Assembly: GCF_009834535.1 (NCBI RefSeq)
Contig: NC_045696.1
Location: 46,502,001-46,566,000, forward strand
Source: Camelus ferus
Taxonomy: Eukaryota
DNA length: 64,000 nucleotides
Direction: 5' to 3'
Shown here: in pieces, positions 12,335 to 26,396 of the stretch
How the letters are laid out: each line of letters starts with the position of its first letter
How positions within the stretch are numbered: position 1 is the first letter of the stretch
The notes under the pieces: generated by a model
Database searches by the model: none
Seen by the model: only the letters and a program-made list of their open reading frames with translations
What the model was told of the DNA's origin: nothing
Program-made: the position numbers and the translations under genes

Positions 12335-15300
12335 GTAGGTTACAGTATTGAGGGTTTATGGTAGCTGTGAACAACCAAATCCATAACCCCCAGTCAGCGA
12401 ATATGGAGTCCATGCTGAAAGTGAATCATGAATCAGGGGTTAAGTAAAAACATAAAGAACAGCTTTGTTCCTATTGCTGAGTTCCAGGTCCACTTTGCAA
12501 ATACTGGTGAGGTGCCAAAAGCAATCTATTACCAAGTTTTCTTCTCATTGTATATATTCCACTGATTGATATAGGGGATTGACTTTTATGAATGGTGATT
12601 TATTTATTATGAATGGTTTTTGTTTTTAGCTTTTCTAGGAACCCAGCTTCTGCTGTCAGAGAATGCTCATGATAAAGATGACAGTCTTGATCTAGTTCTG
12701 CTAAATAGCTTTGTAACCACATCTAAGTCAATCTCTGTGTCTCAGCTTTTTTTCTTTTTTTAATATATGTTATTAGAATGAGGAAGTTGGACCAAAACTT
12801 GTATCCCTTTCAGTGCTAATATTTTTTGATTTTATAATAAATGCAATTATCAAGAGAGATGCTTAGACTTGTTTCTAAAGATAGTGCAGCATGAATATTT
12901 AAAACCAGTAAGTGAGTGGAACAGGATGTATATGATAATGTGATGTGTGCTTGCACATAAACACTTGTGTAGGCAGTAGTTGGTGAGAAGTATTTTTATG
13001 CAGGAAGGCTATTCAGAAAGGTGGGCATTAATTCCAAAATATGACTGAATTTCTTAAATATTGTATACTGATCTCTTTCTAAAATATTCTTAAATTAGTA
13101 TCAGTGTGTTGTACACTTAAAGTGTATTGTGCAGTGTATTTAGCAAGTCAGGAGAAAGCAAAGCAATATCGTTGTGTTTAAACTTGAACGGAATGATTCT
13201 GACATTATTTCTCCAGCATCCCAACCTGCAAGTAGTCTTGGTTCATGAAAGCCCAGCCACCCAAACGTTTAGTTAAGTTCTGTGGAAAGATGAACCAACA
13301 GGGGACAAATACAGAGTTTCAAGTGAGACACTTGATTAGACATCTCAGTATGTAGAAAAATAATTCTTTCAATTGCTGTGGTTTTACTGAGTTGTTTAAC
13401 AAGCTAACATGGAGCATAAAAATTTCTTATGCAATGTTCTGGGAAATTTGAATCCAGAGTAAATGCTTAGCATTGTTGCTATGTAATTAATAATCACATA
13501 AGGCTTCAGAAGTTAACTATATTGTTAAAGACTGGATTTTAACTCTAGAGCACCTAGAAAATTTAAAATCTGTTCCGTTACCTACGTAATTTTAAGTGTT
13601 GCAGGGGATTTTCACTAGCATAACAGTAATTAACAGTAAAATTTTCCCATTAAATAGTTTCAGATCCTTTCATAGTCATGTTTATACGATAAAACAAACA
13701 ATTATCTGAAACCTCATAGAGAACTGCATAAGCTTCCTATAATTAAACTCTTGAGTTTGTTTTTGGATTACTGTTTTTGGATAACATGCAGCCTGTCCCA
13801 AGTATACTGTTTGCCTTTTCTTAAATACTGCTAATTTACAAACCCAATAGGTGGCCACTTTTAAAGCATTATTTTCATTCAGGAATTCCCTTAGTAATTA
13901 CCTAATTAGCTTTACAATATTTGCCATTGTGGTGAGTAATGAAATCTAAATCTGTTAAGGTCTCCCCATCCCACTCCTCCACTCCACCCTTTCAAACTAC
14001 TGCAAGACCATAACTGGATCTCCCACCTCACAGCTTGCCCTGTTCAGAGTTGCTCTTATGAAATACTGTCTCATGTCTAGTGCCAAGTGTGGAAGTTTAG
14101 CTACTTTCAAAATCATTATACAGTTGGTTTCTGGTCATAAGTGATACTTGTTTCAACTTAATTTACTAAATGGTTTCAAAATTACATTAAAGTGCAGGTA
14201 ATTGTGCTGGTGCTTTTTGTGTTAATATTGCAGCCTTAATTGAAGTGTCAGTTTAATCAACAAAAACTTATTGAGTGGCTTCAATGTACCAGGACTTGAG
14301 ATTGTTAGTCAAAAATATGGTCTCAGTTCCTCAAAGTCCCCTCCCCCCAGGCCGTCATTTTTAAAACTGTTTTTGTATGTGTAACTTTTTCATTAAAACC
14401 CCCAAATTTAAAATATATTCTTTATTAGGAACAAAACATAGTCTTTCAGCATAGTTTGTATGTGACTGTAAATGCTTACATGGTATTTACCAGTATTTAT
14501 CCTGTCATTCCCAATTGAGTGAGAAATACTTGTTTTTCCTTCCTCCTCTTGTTTTTAAAATTAACACATTTTAAATGTCAGTAATAATTAATATAACTTT
14601 GAAGAGATTTTTTTTACCTGTTAAAACTTTCTCTGACTCTTCCCTTGCTTCTGATTATCTTGTATTAGTGCATCTGGCAAGAGGAAGCACCCGTTCTGGG
14701 ATTTGTTTTCAGTTTCCTGAATTATTGCCCAGTACTAATTTGCATTGTTGAAAAGAATGGTTGAATGGGGGTTTCATGTTTTCTGATGAATCTCATTAGA
14801 GCAATAATTGTTTATAAGTCATTTTAAAAATACAGTCCGAAGGCTATAACCTGGATTCTCTTCTTAAATTCAGTGCACGTGATGGTGCAGCTTTACAGAT
14901 GTTCCCAGGCTCTGACTTCTGTGGACTTGGGAGACTCAGAAACAGTATTATTTTTCCTTTTAACATCTTTATATATGTACTCTCACAGATGTGTGAATAC
15001 AGGTTTGCATTTTGACTAGGATATTGCTGGAAAGTTCCAGGAGTCATTTAAACTAATAATCATAATTAATTAATTGGTAGTCAATATAGAGGATCACAGT
15101 TGTCCTTCAGGTGGAGCAGAGTCAGTGCAGAGAAGCAGGGAGCATCTGGAAAGGCAAGGCAATTTTGAATGACCTTATTCATAGCGCCCTCTTCCTTCGT
15201 TTTTGTAGGATCAGAGGCGTGAGGCAGAATGCATGCATTTATTGATTAATTGGTTCATTCCAGGTTTGATGTTTTGCATAAGCACAAACATGTAAAGTCG

Positions 15301-16689
15301 GGTATGAGTGTCCCCATTCCTCAGAGCAGGGATCTCAGGCTCTTAGGGGTTAGTGTCTTGACCAGCCATGCATTTGTGGAGCCTGGGATACTCTTGCTTG
15401 TTTGACTCTAGCACCCTGTTAATGTATGCTGCTCACTTTAGATGGCTAAGAAACAAGATATTTGAGTAAGTCAGTCAAAAATGGTGACAATAAAATGTCA
15501 CAGATCTTATGGGAAGAATCTGCTTGTACTGGGGTGGGTAGATGGAGGTATTTCAGAAAAGGCTTTATGAAGTTGGTAGAATTTGGCATGGGCTTTGGTT
15601 CAGAAGAAAGGCAAGGATACAAGCAGATATGGGAAATAAGAACTATTTCAGGAAGAAGAAACTTTTACCCCAAGCCTGGGATACGTGTAGGACAGTATCA
15701 GGAAAAGATGAGGCAAAAGTTGTGAGAGACTGGCCTGAAAGTTTAGAATTTCAGTTGTATATCAGTAAAACAGCTGTGGAATCAAATGCAATAAAATACA
15801 ACTTGAAGGCTTTTTTATAATAGCCTTTCGTAACTATTGGTATCTGTTGTCATCAGTACTATAGGAAAAATTATCACCACAAATCTCTATGAGGTTTTAG
15901 TGATTAGCTCTTCCTCCATATTTCTTCAAGAAAAATTAAACGTATTCATTCCCTTGTTTTGGTTTCATCAGAAATGGATTCTTCTCTGAAGAAGATTTAC
16001 TGTTATTTTCTCACGTATTACTACACTGGACAGTTTTTGTTAACTGTCAAGTCATACTTAATAGGGTTTGTATTTTGACAAGCATGCTGTGGCATCTTAC
16101 ATACTACTAAGCTAGAATGGTACCTCATTTATCCCACCTTCTTGAGAAACAGGTGTTAACACATATGTGGTTTCCAGGCAGATGAAACTTTTTATTTTAT
16201 AAATTTATCCTGGAAAGTTAATTTAAAATTTTGATTACATACTTTCTTACTTCAGAATGCCTTTTGAATTTTTCAAAAATTTCTATCTTTTATTTACAAA
16301 CAAGAATTATTTTGTGGTCTGTAATTTGGTGAGACCTTTGTGAATAATTGAGTTATAGTCACATCTTTATCTGTATATTAAATGATTATTAACTTTTTTG
16401 TTCTTTTGAATTTCCTCTTTGTATTACCATGAGTCTTTATTTTGGGCCCAGCCTCAATTGCCATTTCTTTCCACTTTTAGCTATGTTTAGCTACCACTAA
16501 TGAAACTACTTACTCTATGTGGAGTTTTCTGAATATAACTTAGTTAGGAGCCCCACCGCTCTGGGGGGATGCGAGTAGTAAAACCAAAGATTTAGGCTCC
16601 ATCTTTCCCAGTAATCCTTGTTCTGAGACTTTTCCCATTCCTGTGTTCCAGATATCAGGACTTTCTTACTATAAAAAAAATTCAAGTGT

Positions 16690-17035
16690 TTATTTTTGAG
16701 TATTCTGCCCAGGGTTCTTTTATAAACATTTGACTTATTTAATCTTAAAAAAATCCCCTGAGATAGATATCATTTTCCAAAAGCTAAAGATGAGGACACT
16801 GCAGCCCAGAAAAGTGAAATGATTTATCCAAGGAAGCAAGCTAGTAACAGTAGTAGAGTTTGGGTCTCATACGTAGCCTTCCTTCTCAGACCTTCTGAGG
16901 TTCCACATCTGTAAAACTGCAGTAAAGATGCCTGCCCTCACAGGGTCGAGGTAAGATACAAGTAAGGTTATTGTATGCAGAAGCATGCTGTGAAGTTTAA
17001 AATGCTATACAAGTGTTAGTTTTATCATTATTGCT
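16690..17035. mobile_element. Two adjacent MIR fragments in opposite orientation (- then +)
   Basis: atttaatctt...gatgaggacactgcagcccaga...ccaaggaagcaagctagta (-) followed by gttccacatctgtaaaactg...cctgccctcacagggtcg (+). Confidence 0.6.
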
Positions 17036-20000
17036 GATAAACAAACTTATGTTTGTATTTGATACTTCTCTACTTAGCAATTATTTGCTATTTTTATTAG
17101 GACCTGTTAACACACTGAAGGGCTACTAAAATGCAAAGTTAGTCTTTGAAACGCAAGAATTCACAAAACTGAATATATCGTTTGCCCAACCTGGCAGATA
17201 CTGTCCAATGTGATTAATAGCCCCTAACAAATAGATGTTCCATAAGTGAGCTAACTACTTGATTTCAGAAGTAGCAATCTATTTGCTAGTTAGTAAACGC
17301 TATAGCATTTAAATATTCAAATCAAATAAAATTATAAGGACTTTATAAAGATCCCATAGTGAGTGATATATTTTGAATTTAAACTGAGTCTCTTAAAATT
17401 CATTTCTGGTGTTAGTTCCAGATGTTAATATTTAGATTGACTGAGGGACCTAATACTCCAGTATCCTGTAAGATGTTGCTATAGTAAACCTTAATTAGTT
17501 TAGAATTTGTGATAATTCAAAGGGATGTAGGTGAAAGTTAATTAATTTTTTGCAGTGTTTGAAAAATTGGAAATTCATGCTATAAACTATTTTATAAAGA
17601 AAAAGTTTAAAGTGTTTAAGGAAATTACTAAACCTAAATGAACATATTTTTTAAAGAAAACTTAAACATTTTACAGTTCAAATTAGTTAACACATGAGTG
17701 TGTCTATTAATACATTTCTAGAAATAAAAATAATGTTTACAGATCCTTATCAAAATTTTAAAAGTAACAAAATTACATTTTAAAAGAAATTCTGAAAGTT
17801 TGACTTTTTTTTAGATTAATGCTAACTGATTAAGCTGACCTTCCTCCTAATCACCCAAATTAGGAATTAAAATTGTCCTTTTAAAGAAACTTGTATGTGA
17901 ATATGAACCACTGTTGCCACAGTAATCTTTACAGCCAACTTATGCAACCATATCTGTAGCCAACTCAATTTTTCCTTTATGACTTTTCCATAAGAGAACC
18001 AAAGAATTCCTTGGTCACTTATTCATGTCACTTTTTGAATGGCATAGGTTTTATTGGAGTGGCTTTATCATGGAAGTCTTACACATTAATGTATAATTTA
18101 AAATGTATTTGTTCTGTCAAAACCATAAACTTAATTCAGTGTTCTGCCATATAAACAGTCTTATTTTCTTCCTATTAAAATACCTAGTAAGAATATTTCA
18201 GATCTAAATGATAAGTTTTAAATTTTCGTCAGGGAAAGTTCCTAGAACCAAGGAAGTACAGATTAGTGCCACTTCTCAAATATCTTCCTCTCCTCTTTCA
18301 CCCGGTATAATACGATTTCTGCCTGCCAGTGTGAAGAAGGTACAGCTGTCTCAGAATTTATTATGCTAGGGGTTCACTTAGCCCCTTCAGAGTTACAGAA
18401 TGAGAAAGTGTGGTATATCTCTTTTTTAAAATTCAGGTAATTCCTGTGTAATTGCTCCTTCATGATTCTGATAGGTTTTTTTAAATCATGGTGTTATTTC
18501 ACATACTGGCACCAGAATCACTTGTCTTGATTTGTATAGATATTCCCAGGGCCCCTTATTATTGGACCTCACCAGGGTTACCATTCCCTTTCACTCTGTT
18601 GAGAAGCTCTAGACTGTGATAATAGCTAGAAATACTACCAGACTTTCTGATACCCCTGCTCATTGAAAAAAAAAGAAAAAAAGCAAAAACAATTGGAGAA
18701 CAATTAATAAGTATATCTCATTAAAGTGTTGTTTAAGACCTGATTTTCGTTCTTACAAGTGATGTGCAAAACTAGTGTTGAGACCCAGTTTTCGAAAGTT
18801 TTGTCTTTTGGTATAAAATAGTGCCATTGTCATATATGAAGTAGGCAAAAACACTATGATAAAGGGTATGTATTTAATATCATTACTGAATAACAGTGAT
18901 GTATTATTATTGCTAATGAAATGTGGTAGTGGCTGGGGTTGGGGAGAAGGGAGCCAGTGTTTACTGAGCACCTTATATAAGTCAGGAACTGTGCCTATAA
19001 AGTAAATTCACTTAGGTTATCCAATCAGCTGGAAATTTGCATTTAAAAAAGGAACTTAGGAGGGGAATTTTTATTGTAATGGGAGATTTTTGAAAATCAG
19101 TATTTTAGCAAGAAGTCAGTTACACATGAGATAAGACCAGTAACCTGTGATTGATGTTCCTAGAGGATAACTGAGTCCTCCTTCCACCCCCAGCATGAAA
19201 GCCCTGCCCTGGGGATCCGGATGGGTGGGCCTGTCTCTTTGTCCCTTTCAATCCTGTGATGATGGATTTTTGCCCACTTGGTTGACCAGCATGCTAATAG
19301 TTTCACTCAGCTATTTGCTTCAGACTATATACAGTCTTTTCTCATTTCTCCCTTGCTCAGCTTTCTCTGTAATCCCTTTCCTAATAACCTCATCACAATG
19401 AATGATTAAGCCTTTCTGTTGTCTCTTACAGCTGATTCAGAGCAAGTGATTGATGGTGTGCCCAGTCCAAGGACAGGCATCCTCACATCCTGAGGCTCTT
19501 CCTGCCTCCGCCCTCCCTTGTTGTTTATACGCTGCTTGTGTTGACTTGTATGTCTTATGAATTTATGGCATCTCTATGTAGGCTTTAAACTCTTTAAGGA
19601 CAAGGGCTGTGTGTTACTCTTTTCTCTGTCCCCTATATTCTTAACTCTTTTGCTCAGTACATACTTGATTGAGCTAATGAATGTTGTTTTGGTATTGAAC
19701 TTTTACGCTGAGTTTAAGAACCTGCAAGATTAATACTATGATACAGTTACAGAGTATTGACCCTCAAGGTGAATTCTCAGTTACCATTTTCCATAAAACC
19801 CTATATACTCCAGGCTTTTCTCTTACCCTTTGTTCTTCAACTCATAGGTAGCTTCCCCTTTTACAGACCCTTTACAAACCATTTTTTATGCCTAAGCCAG
19901 GGGAAGGTTTATGGACCATGTATAAAAAGAAGTAATGTGTTTGAGTGGAATTGTAGATTGTAAACAATTTGAGGGCAGAGACTCTAACTCATGCTCTTTC

Positions 20001-21439
20001 CATCCCCAGTGGCTAGCCAGTGTCTGTCATCTCGTCAGTCCTCAGACAGGATTGAGATGGAGGTGGGTGGGTGGGTGGAATATATGCAAGAGGAAGAGAT
20101 GTTTGTGGTCAGGGATTGTCAGTGCTTTATATTGTCTGCAGCACAGATCCACATCATAAGTTAGTTTAAGCTGGCCTTTATTAATGCCATCAGTACTTTT
20201 AAAAATTCATGAGGATGACGGTATAATCATTTTCATTACACATACTGATTTTCATCAAAGCAAATTGCTAAATGATTCTTAACAAAGGATGTACTATCTT
20301 ACTGGAAAAGAACTTATGCAGATCAGTGACATTGGAGGACAGGAAGGGGACACCTAAGAAACGGAAGGTATCGGAGTGCAAGTGACATCCATCTAGCATC
20401 CTTCACAGCTGAGGCTTTCTTCTTAAAAACCACCAAAATACAAAAAAAAAAAAAAAATTTGATTTCTCATGACAAATACATTAGTTTGATAGTCTTTTGT
20501 CACTTTATAGAGTGGTGACCTTTGTCCAAATGACTGTTCACCTGACAGACCCAGCTCGTGTGCCTTTTGCTGGGACAAAATGATGATGCGTGTGCCTGCT
20601 ACTTTCATCTTCATCTCACCCTGTCATTTGTCACTTTCCACCTCCAGACAGCAGGCAAGGCTATTTGTCTGCTTCAGCTCAGTATGTAAATCCCCGCTAT
20701 GCATATGAATGCACTGGGATAAAGTATCTCTTTTATTACACTGATATCTCCAAATTTATTCTGCTGTGTGATGTTAAATTCAAGTTTGGGTCTGGCCTTG
20801 TATCCTATTGTAATTATTTCTGTAAGAAAAGTAAAACTGTATTTTACTGTTTTTCTATGCTTACCTTCCTTCTACATGTAACTGTGTATAAATATGCAGA
20901 TGTTAAGATTTTGTTAAAAAATGGGTTATTCATAAAATTTGGATTAAGATAACTTTAGAGTAATCCTAAACCATTGACTATGAACATTGCATTGTATTAT
21001 ATAAGTACATTTTTCATTTATATGATTTAAAGGGGAGTGGTGAAAAATGTTTGTTAGTTGGATTACATATACTTTTCTTACACTAAGGATAAAGGAACCT
21101 TTTTTTAAAAAAATGGGTTAGATAAAAAAGCTATTAGTTAATTTTACACACAGAGTAAACATTTTAAAAGGCAATTTTGTGGGATAGAAAGAATTGTATT
21201 AATTTAATAAAGTATCCAGCAGTAATAACATGTAATCATTGAAGAATGCATGGAGAACACATTTTATCAACTTTTGACAATATATAATGAATAACAATAA
21301 ATATATTTTATTTAATTTTATTGTCAGTAGAGGGGAAAGAAATGGCAAAGTTGGGAGAAAGGTAGATACGATAGTGAAGACTGAAACCTCCAAGTTAAGA
21401 ACGTAAAGTTTGTGATGGATTAATAGCAACATCATAGCT

Positions 21440-21640
21440 CTCAGCACATTCACTTTTGAGACTTCATGTGCTCATTACAAAACCCTGGGATGTTGTCAGT
21501 GCCTTAGTTACGTTTTGTAGATGGAGGAACTGAGGCTGAGAAAGCTAGTATGTCCTCAGCTGGCTAATAGCTGAGGTAGGTTTTGAACCCAGGTCATACA
21601 AACTCTGCATCCAGTGCTCTTTCTTGTACATGACCTTGCC
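21440..21640 (-). mobile_element. MIR SINE (approximate bounds)
   Basis: ttttgtagatggaggaactgaggctgagaaag...tttgaacccaggtc...ccagtgctctttc. Confidence 0.7.
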
Positions 21641-21667
21641 TCTTCAAGTAACTAAGAAGTTACACGT

Positions 21668-21793
21668 TGTGTCAGTTTCTGGTTACAGCACAATACTTCA
21701 GTCATATAGGAACATACATATATTTGTTTTCATATTCCTGACATACTGTAAACTGATTATACTTAAATAAAAATATTAAAAAAAAAAAAAAAG
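21668..21793 (+). mobile_element. Very short 5'-inverted (twin-primed) L1 3' end with poly(A) and TSD
   Basis: TSD aagaagttacacgt (21654-21667) / aagaagttacgcat (21794-21807). Sense L1 terminus tactgtaaactgattatacttaaataaaaa plus A-run, preceded by an antisense L1 3'UTR-like segment tgtgtcagtttctggttacagcacaatacttcagtcata. Confidence 0.7.
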
Positions 21794-22506
21794 AAGAAGT
21801 TACGCATCAGTTTGCCCTGCTTTGTTCTCCTTCTCCTATTCTTGATCTTGGTTTGCTTATCCCACAACTGATTGCTTTGCTCTGTTAGGTTTGCCTGCAT
21901 TTGCCTATACATTAAAGCACAGTTTTAATTTTTAACATACTTACCAAATTAAGCAGTGAGCAGAATCTAGTTACTGGCCTGGGTATTGACTTGCATTTTA
22001 TAATGTGTGCCTGATAACCTTCTTTGAAATAGGTGCTGCTCTTTGCACTACTGTTTACAATAACCCTGGGCATTGGTGGTTTGCTCTCAGTTTATGGAAA
22101 CTAAGGCTGAGGCCCACAGAGATTGTGTTCTCTGTCCTTGATCACTGTAGCCCTAAGTGGAAATGCTAGAGTTTGAACTCTGGTTTTTCTGTCTTAAGCC
22201 CTTTGGTCTTTCCATTACAAATAACTCTCCACCAAGTTCAACTAACTTTTTGGATCCTGGAAAAAAAATACAGAAGATGGTTAAAAGATACAAAATTTAC
22301 TACCTCTGTATCCTTATCCCACAAGTGAACTTTCTAATAGATTCATAGTCTGTCTCTAAAGTCCTGAGATTGTCATTCTTCTAAAAGGAAAAACAGAGAA
22401 GTTACTGAAAGTGTTTTTTCACTCATTATTTAGGTAAGGGGAAGGCTACTAGAACTTTCTCAATCTATGTGTTAATTAAAATCTGTTATCTGTTCTTTAT
22501 TTACAG

Positions 22507-22702
22507 TATAAAGATGCATTTATGAAAGCAAATCCTGGCTACAAATGGTGTCCTACCACAAACAAGCCTGTCAAGTCCCCAACACCCACTGTCAATCCAC
22601 GAAAGAAACTATGGGCCTTCCCATCTGACTCTTCAAGAGACTTGCCAAGCCCCAAGAAAGCAAAGACTGAAGAAATGCCTCAGCTTAACTTTGGAATAGC
22701 TG
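22507..22702 (+). CDS. BBX: BBX coding exon 3, end of the HMG box (YKDAFMKANPGYKWCP...EEMPQLNFGIA)
   Basis: Acceptor ttacag|TAT, donor CTG|gtgagt; 196 nt, phase 0-1; in frame with ORF 22522..22755. Confidence 0.96.
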
Positions 22703-25092
22703 GTGAGTTTAGACACTATTTTTACCTGTTCTTAAAAACAGGGCAATTCATTTAGGCACTATTTTTAACATAATACAGAGAGAGAGAGAAGCAAAATTTA
22801 TGACCAGTGGGAAGCAATGGCAAATATGTAGCATAGCTTAAAGCTTTGGAGCATGGTGTGTATAGACTGTGTGTATAAAACTAAAGAAAGGAGGTAGAGA
22901 CCAAGTGGTAGAGTTGTCCTAAACAGATGTGGATTCCTGACATTGATATTACTGAGAAGCAGACAGCAAGGTGGAGGTTGTCAGGAGCGCAGGGAATGGA
23001 ATTTTATTTATAATGTAACCATATAACTTACACATGCATGCACACTATTAAGCTATCCCAGTAAGCACCTCAGTTATCATGGATACCTGAAAAGCCACAA
23101 TTAACATGGATCATCTGAGTTTCTGAAACAGCAAGGGCAAGAATATGAACAATTCTATCACAAATCTGGGATGGGTCTGACAGCTGTTTCTTAGTGGGGA
23201 TTCCCATCCTGCCCTCTATCCCGCCCCCATTCCTGTTATAGGCCAGGCAGATTTAACATTCCAGATGGTCCCATGTGTTATGAGACCTTAATATTCTTTG
23301 CGTGGTAAAGAATGCTAGAGCATTTATCACCATGAAATGAAGTATTTATATCCACCCTACAAATGACTCTGTCTTCCTTCTATTGTAATACTGTAATCAA
23401 GAGAGGAATTTTCCAGAATGAAATAGGGAGATTAGACAGATGGAAGCATTGAAGTTGGTGTTGAGCTGTAGGGTTCCTGTTTTATTATTACAAGCAAATT
23501 TTCTTCAAGAAAGCTCTGAAGAGTTTGCAAAATGGAAAGCTTGGGAATGGAGGTTGAGCAGTATTGTGATGACATTTTATTTTTTAATAGCCAATAGGCC
23601 TAATGAACTTTAATAGTTCAGTGATTCATGGCATAACAAAGTATGTGATGGTGTCACATGTAAATCTAAGAAATGTAGTCTGATGCAACAGTAGCATTCT
23701 AGGGGAATAAAGTCGTCAGGTGATTGTTACGTAGATGTCTGTAGTATAATTCTAGGTGAGCTTTTGCATATCCCAGAAGAATCAGAACAGAGGTCTGTCC
23801 TTGTTTTAGATGTCATTTTGTACAATTTTAGCTTCAGCGCACTTGCTAGTAGTCTTGGTGAGCTCCCTGGACTCCCCAGATTGTATCAATAAGAGTGTTT
23901 TATCAAACATTTTGTTATCAGCACCAAGTAAGAGCATAGACTGGCTTTTAAGTGAATTCCTTCTATTATCATTTGTCTTCTATTGCTTTCTCTCCCATTT
24001 CTAAATCTAGATCAGTCTATATAGGTTTTTTGTATACAGTGGCTCTTCACAAACCAAAAATAGTTGTAGATTTAGTACAGAAGACTAAGAAAGATTTCTG
24101 TCTGTAGCCCATTTCTGAGAGTTTATTAATCTACCTGTTACACTTACAAATTGAAAGTAGGACCTAGACTTCAACCAAGGTATTTACAGGTGACCTTTTA
24201 AAAACAGCATTCTTTAAGCAAAATACAGGAAAGAAGGAAAACAGCTTTCTCTGACATGTATCTCATTATGTAGGGGCCTGTGATGGATGTTGGGAATCCA
24301 TAATCAGAGCCCTTGTTAGCTAGTATATAGGGGATAACACTGATCTGATATTTCTAGTTATGCTACTTTTTAACACAATGAAAACAAATGAGTTTGCCTT
24401 TAATTAAAACATAGTGCTTAGCTGTTTAAATCCAGGGGATACTGTAGGGCTTTTAGAGGCCGGTTTAAGCTTTTCCCCAATGTGGAATCTCATTTTGTTT
24501 TGTTTTCCCACTAGTCTTCATCACATGACATTTTGCATTTTTGAATAACCCCAAAGCAGTCAAGTGTATGACTTCCAAGAAGAGAAAGCTCTGTAGAATT
24601 TAATTTAGTACAAGTCCTCTCAGTGAAGAGAAAGCATGCAACTTACATAAATATATTTTGACGTATCTGGATAACACTATATAGGTGTAAATTAATATAA
24701 AGGCTGATGATGATTTCTTGTCTGTGTTTTAGTGCCTATGCAGCAGCAAACTTCTTGCAGCCATATTGGCATATAGCTTGAATAAATTATCACGGAAGTG
24801 TGTTCTATTTTACTTTATAATTTGAACTAACACATTGTTATCTTTATTCGAAAGTAACCATCCAATCCTCCTGATCTCTGGAATGACAGCTGCCAAAGTA
24901 TTTAGCTGCCCAAAAAACCAAAGTTACCCTCCACTAAATTCATTTCCCCTTCCTGATTTTTATTTGCCAGTAGTATCTATTTTAGCAGCCACACTAGTTA
25001 GTAAACTTAACATTTAATTAAGGGTGGAATCTTAAAACAACAAAGAACCCTGTTTCAGCAAATCAGCCCGTGTTCCCATGTGTCTTCCTGTG

Positions 25093-25142
25093 TGGCTATG
25101 TTCCAGCTGGAACTGTTTGGCTACGTTCCAGCTGGAGTTGTT
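25093..25142. repeat. Tandem 25-bp duplication with a palindromic core
   Basis: tggctatgttccagctggaactgtt / tggctacgttccagctggagttgtt (22/25 identical); gttccagctggaac (25100-25113) is a perfect 14-bp palindrome. Confidence 0.85.
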
Positions 25143-26328
25143 TGGCGACCACCTGATCGTTTGGTGACATATTTTCACCTCCGCTAAGCTCTTCCTTTCT
25201 TCCTCCCTCTCTCCCCTCCCTCAGATTTTGTTTTTCAATTTTCTTTATTTTGACTGTATGTAAGATGTGGTCAGAGTTGCTTCGTGAGTTCTCAAGACAG
25301 ATTGTATACAAAGTGTACTTAAGGGCATTTCTTTAAACAAAAAAATCAAAAAAAGAAAGAGAAAAGAAACACTTGAATGTCTTCAGGCAGCAGAATGTCT
25401 GATCCTCATTTTTAATTGTAGAGAGATTACAGAAATTAAAAGTGTGTTTATTGAGGACCAATATGCCCTAGGAGAAGCACTGAAATTAGGTATTTTCATA
25501 TGATATATCATTTAAGTTCCGAAATTTAATTCATTTAAAACAACCTTAGAGGATATAGGTTTCTTAATTGTGTACACTTTCTTTGTTTAGATATAATCCT
25601 AGGTCATAGATCTGCCAGTTTGTTGTTTTCATTTTGTCTTTCTAGTTCTGTTAATTGTTGAAGGAATGAAAACAAAGGCCTTCAGTAAAGGATTCATTTT
25701 GAATCTTTTTAAAGGTACTTTGAGGAAGTACCTGACTGTATACCCCTAATATTTAAAATGTCAAAAATACATCATTGTTCAATTTAAATTTGTTTTGGAA
25801 AGTTTTAAAGAGAGATGATTTGATTGAACAAAGCCCACTAGATTTTTGGAGGCCCATTTATAAAATGTCTCTCTGTTCTCTAGTTCCTCTGATGGCCTGG
25901 TTTTTTTGATCAGCCCTGATTTCACGTGATAGAAATAACAATTTGAGAATAACAATCTCAAATTTCTTAGAAGAAAAGTATAAATGCTCTTTTGTTCAAA
26001 AAAAAAAAAATCCATCCCAACTTCACAGGCAGTAAGGAAAGAAGCACCACATTAGGAGATAATTCATGTTGTAAACAGCTGTGGTATTGAAGAAAGCATT
26101 TTGTTGGAATGGTGGACAACAGTGGTATTTAAAAGGCTCATCAGAGTGTGAGTACCAGGCACATATACCCCAGGTTATTGCTCCATAAAGAGTTTCAAAA
26201 GTTTTCTATAACAAGCTACATGTGGTTCTGTTGGATTTCTGATTACTAGTCTTTGTGAGTATTCTTTTTTGACTCTGGATTATATCATGGCTGTAAACTG
26301 ATCATTTACTTGTTTTTGTCTTATGTAG

Positions 26329-26396
26329 ATCCTACTCAAATGGGAGGCCTGAGCATGCTGCTTTTAGCTGGAGAACATGCTCTTAGTACACCAGAG
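26329..26396 (+). CDS. BBX: BBX coding exon 4 ((D)PTQMGGLSMLLLAGEHALSTPE)
   Basis: Acceptor ttatgtag|AT, donor GAG|gtaagc; 68 nt, phase 1-0, restores the frame. Confidence 0.95.

Noticed and set aside
15181..15200. agcgccctct as a CTCF site on the minus strand
   Set aside because: Only the 3' half of the motif matches; the CCA(C/G)(C/T)AG part is absent.
16690..17035. Oppositely oriented MIR pair as a functional hairpin or miRNA precursor
   Set aside because: The copies are too diverged for me to see extended complementarity.
5985..25060. Exact 15-mer accctgtttcagcaa present near 5986 and near 25047
   Set aside because: A few 15-bp matches are expected by chance in 64 kb, and the flanks do not extend.
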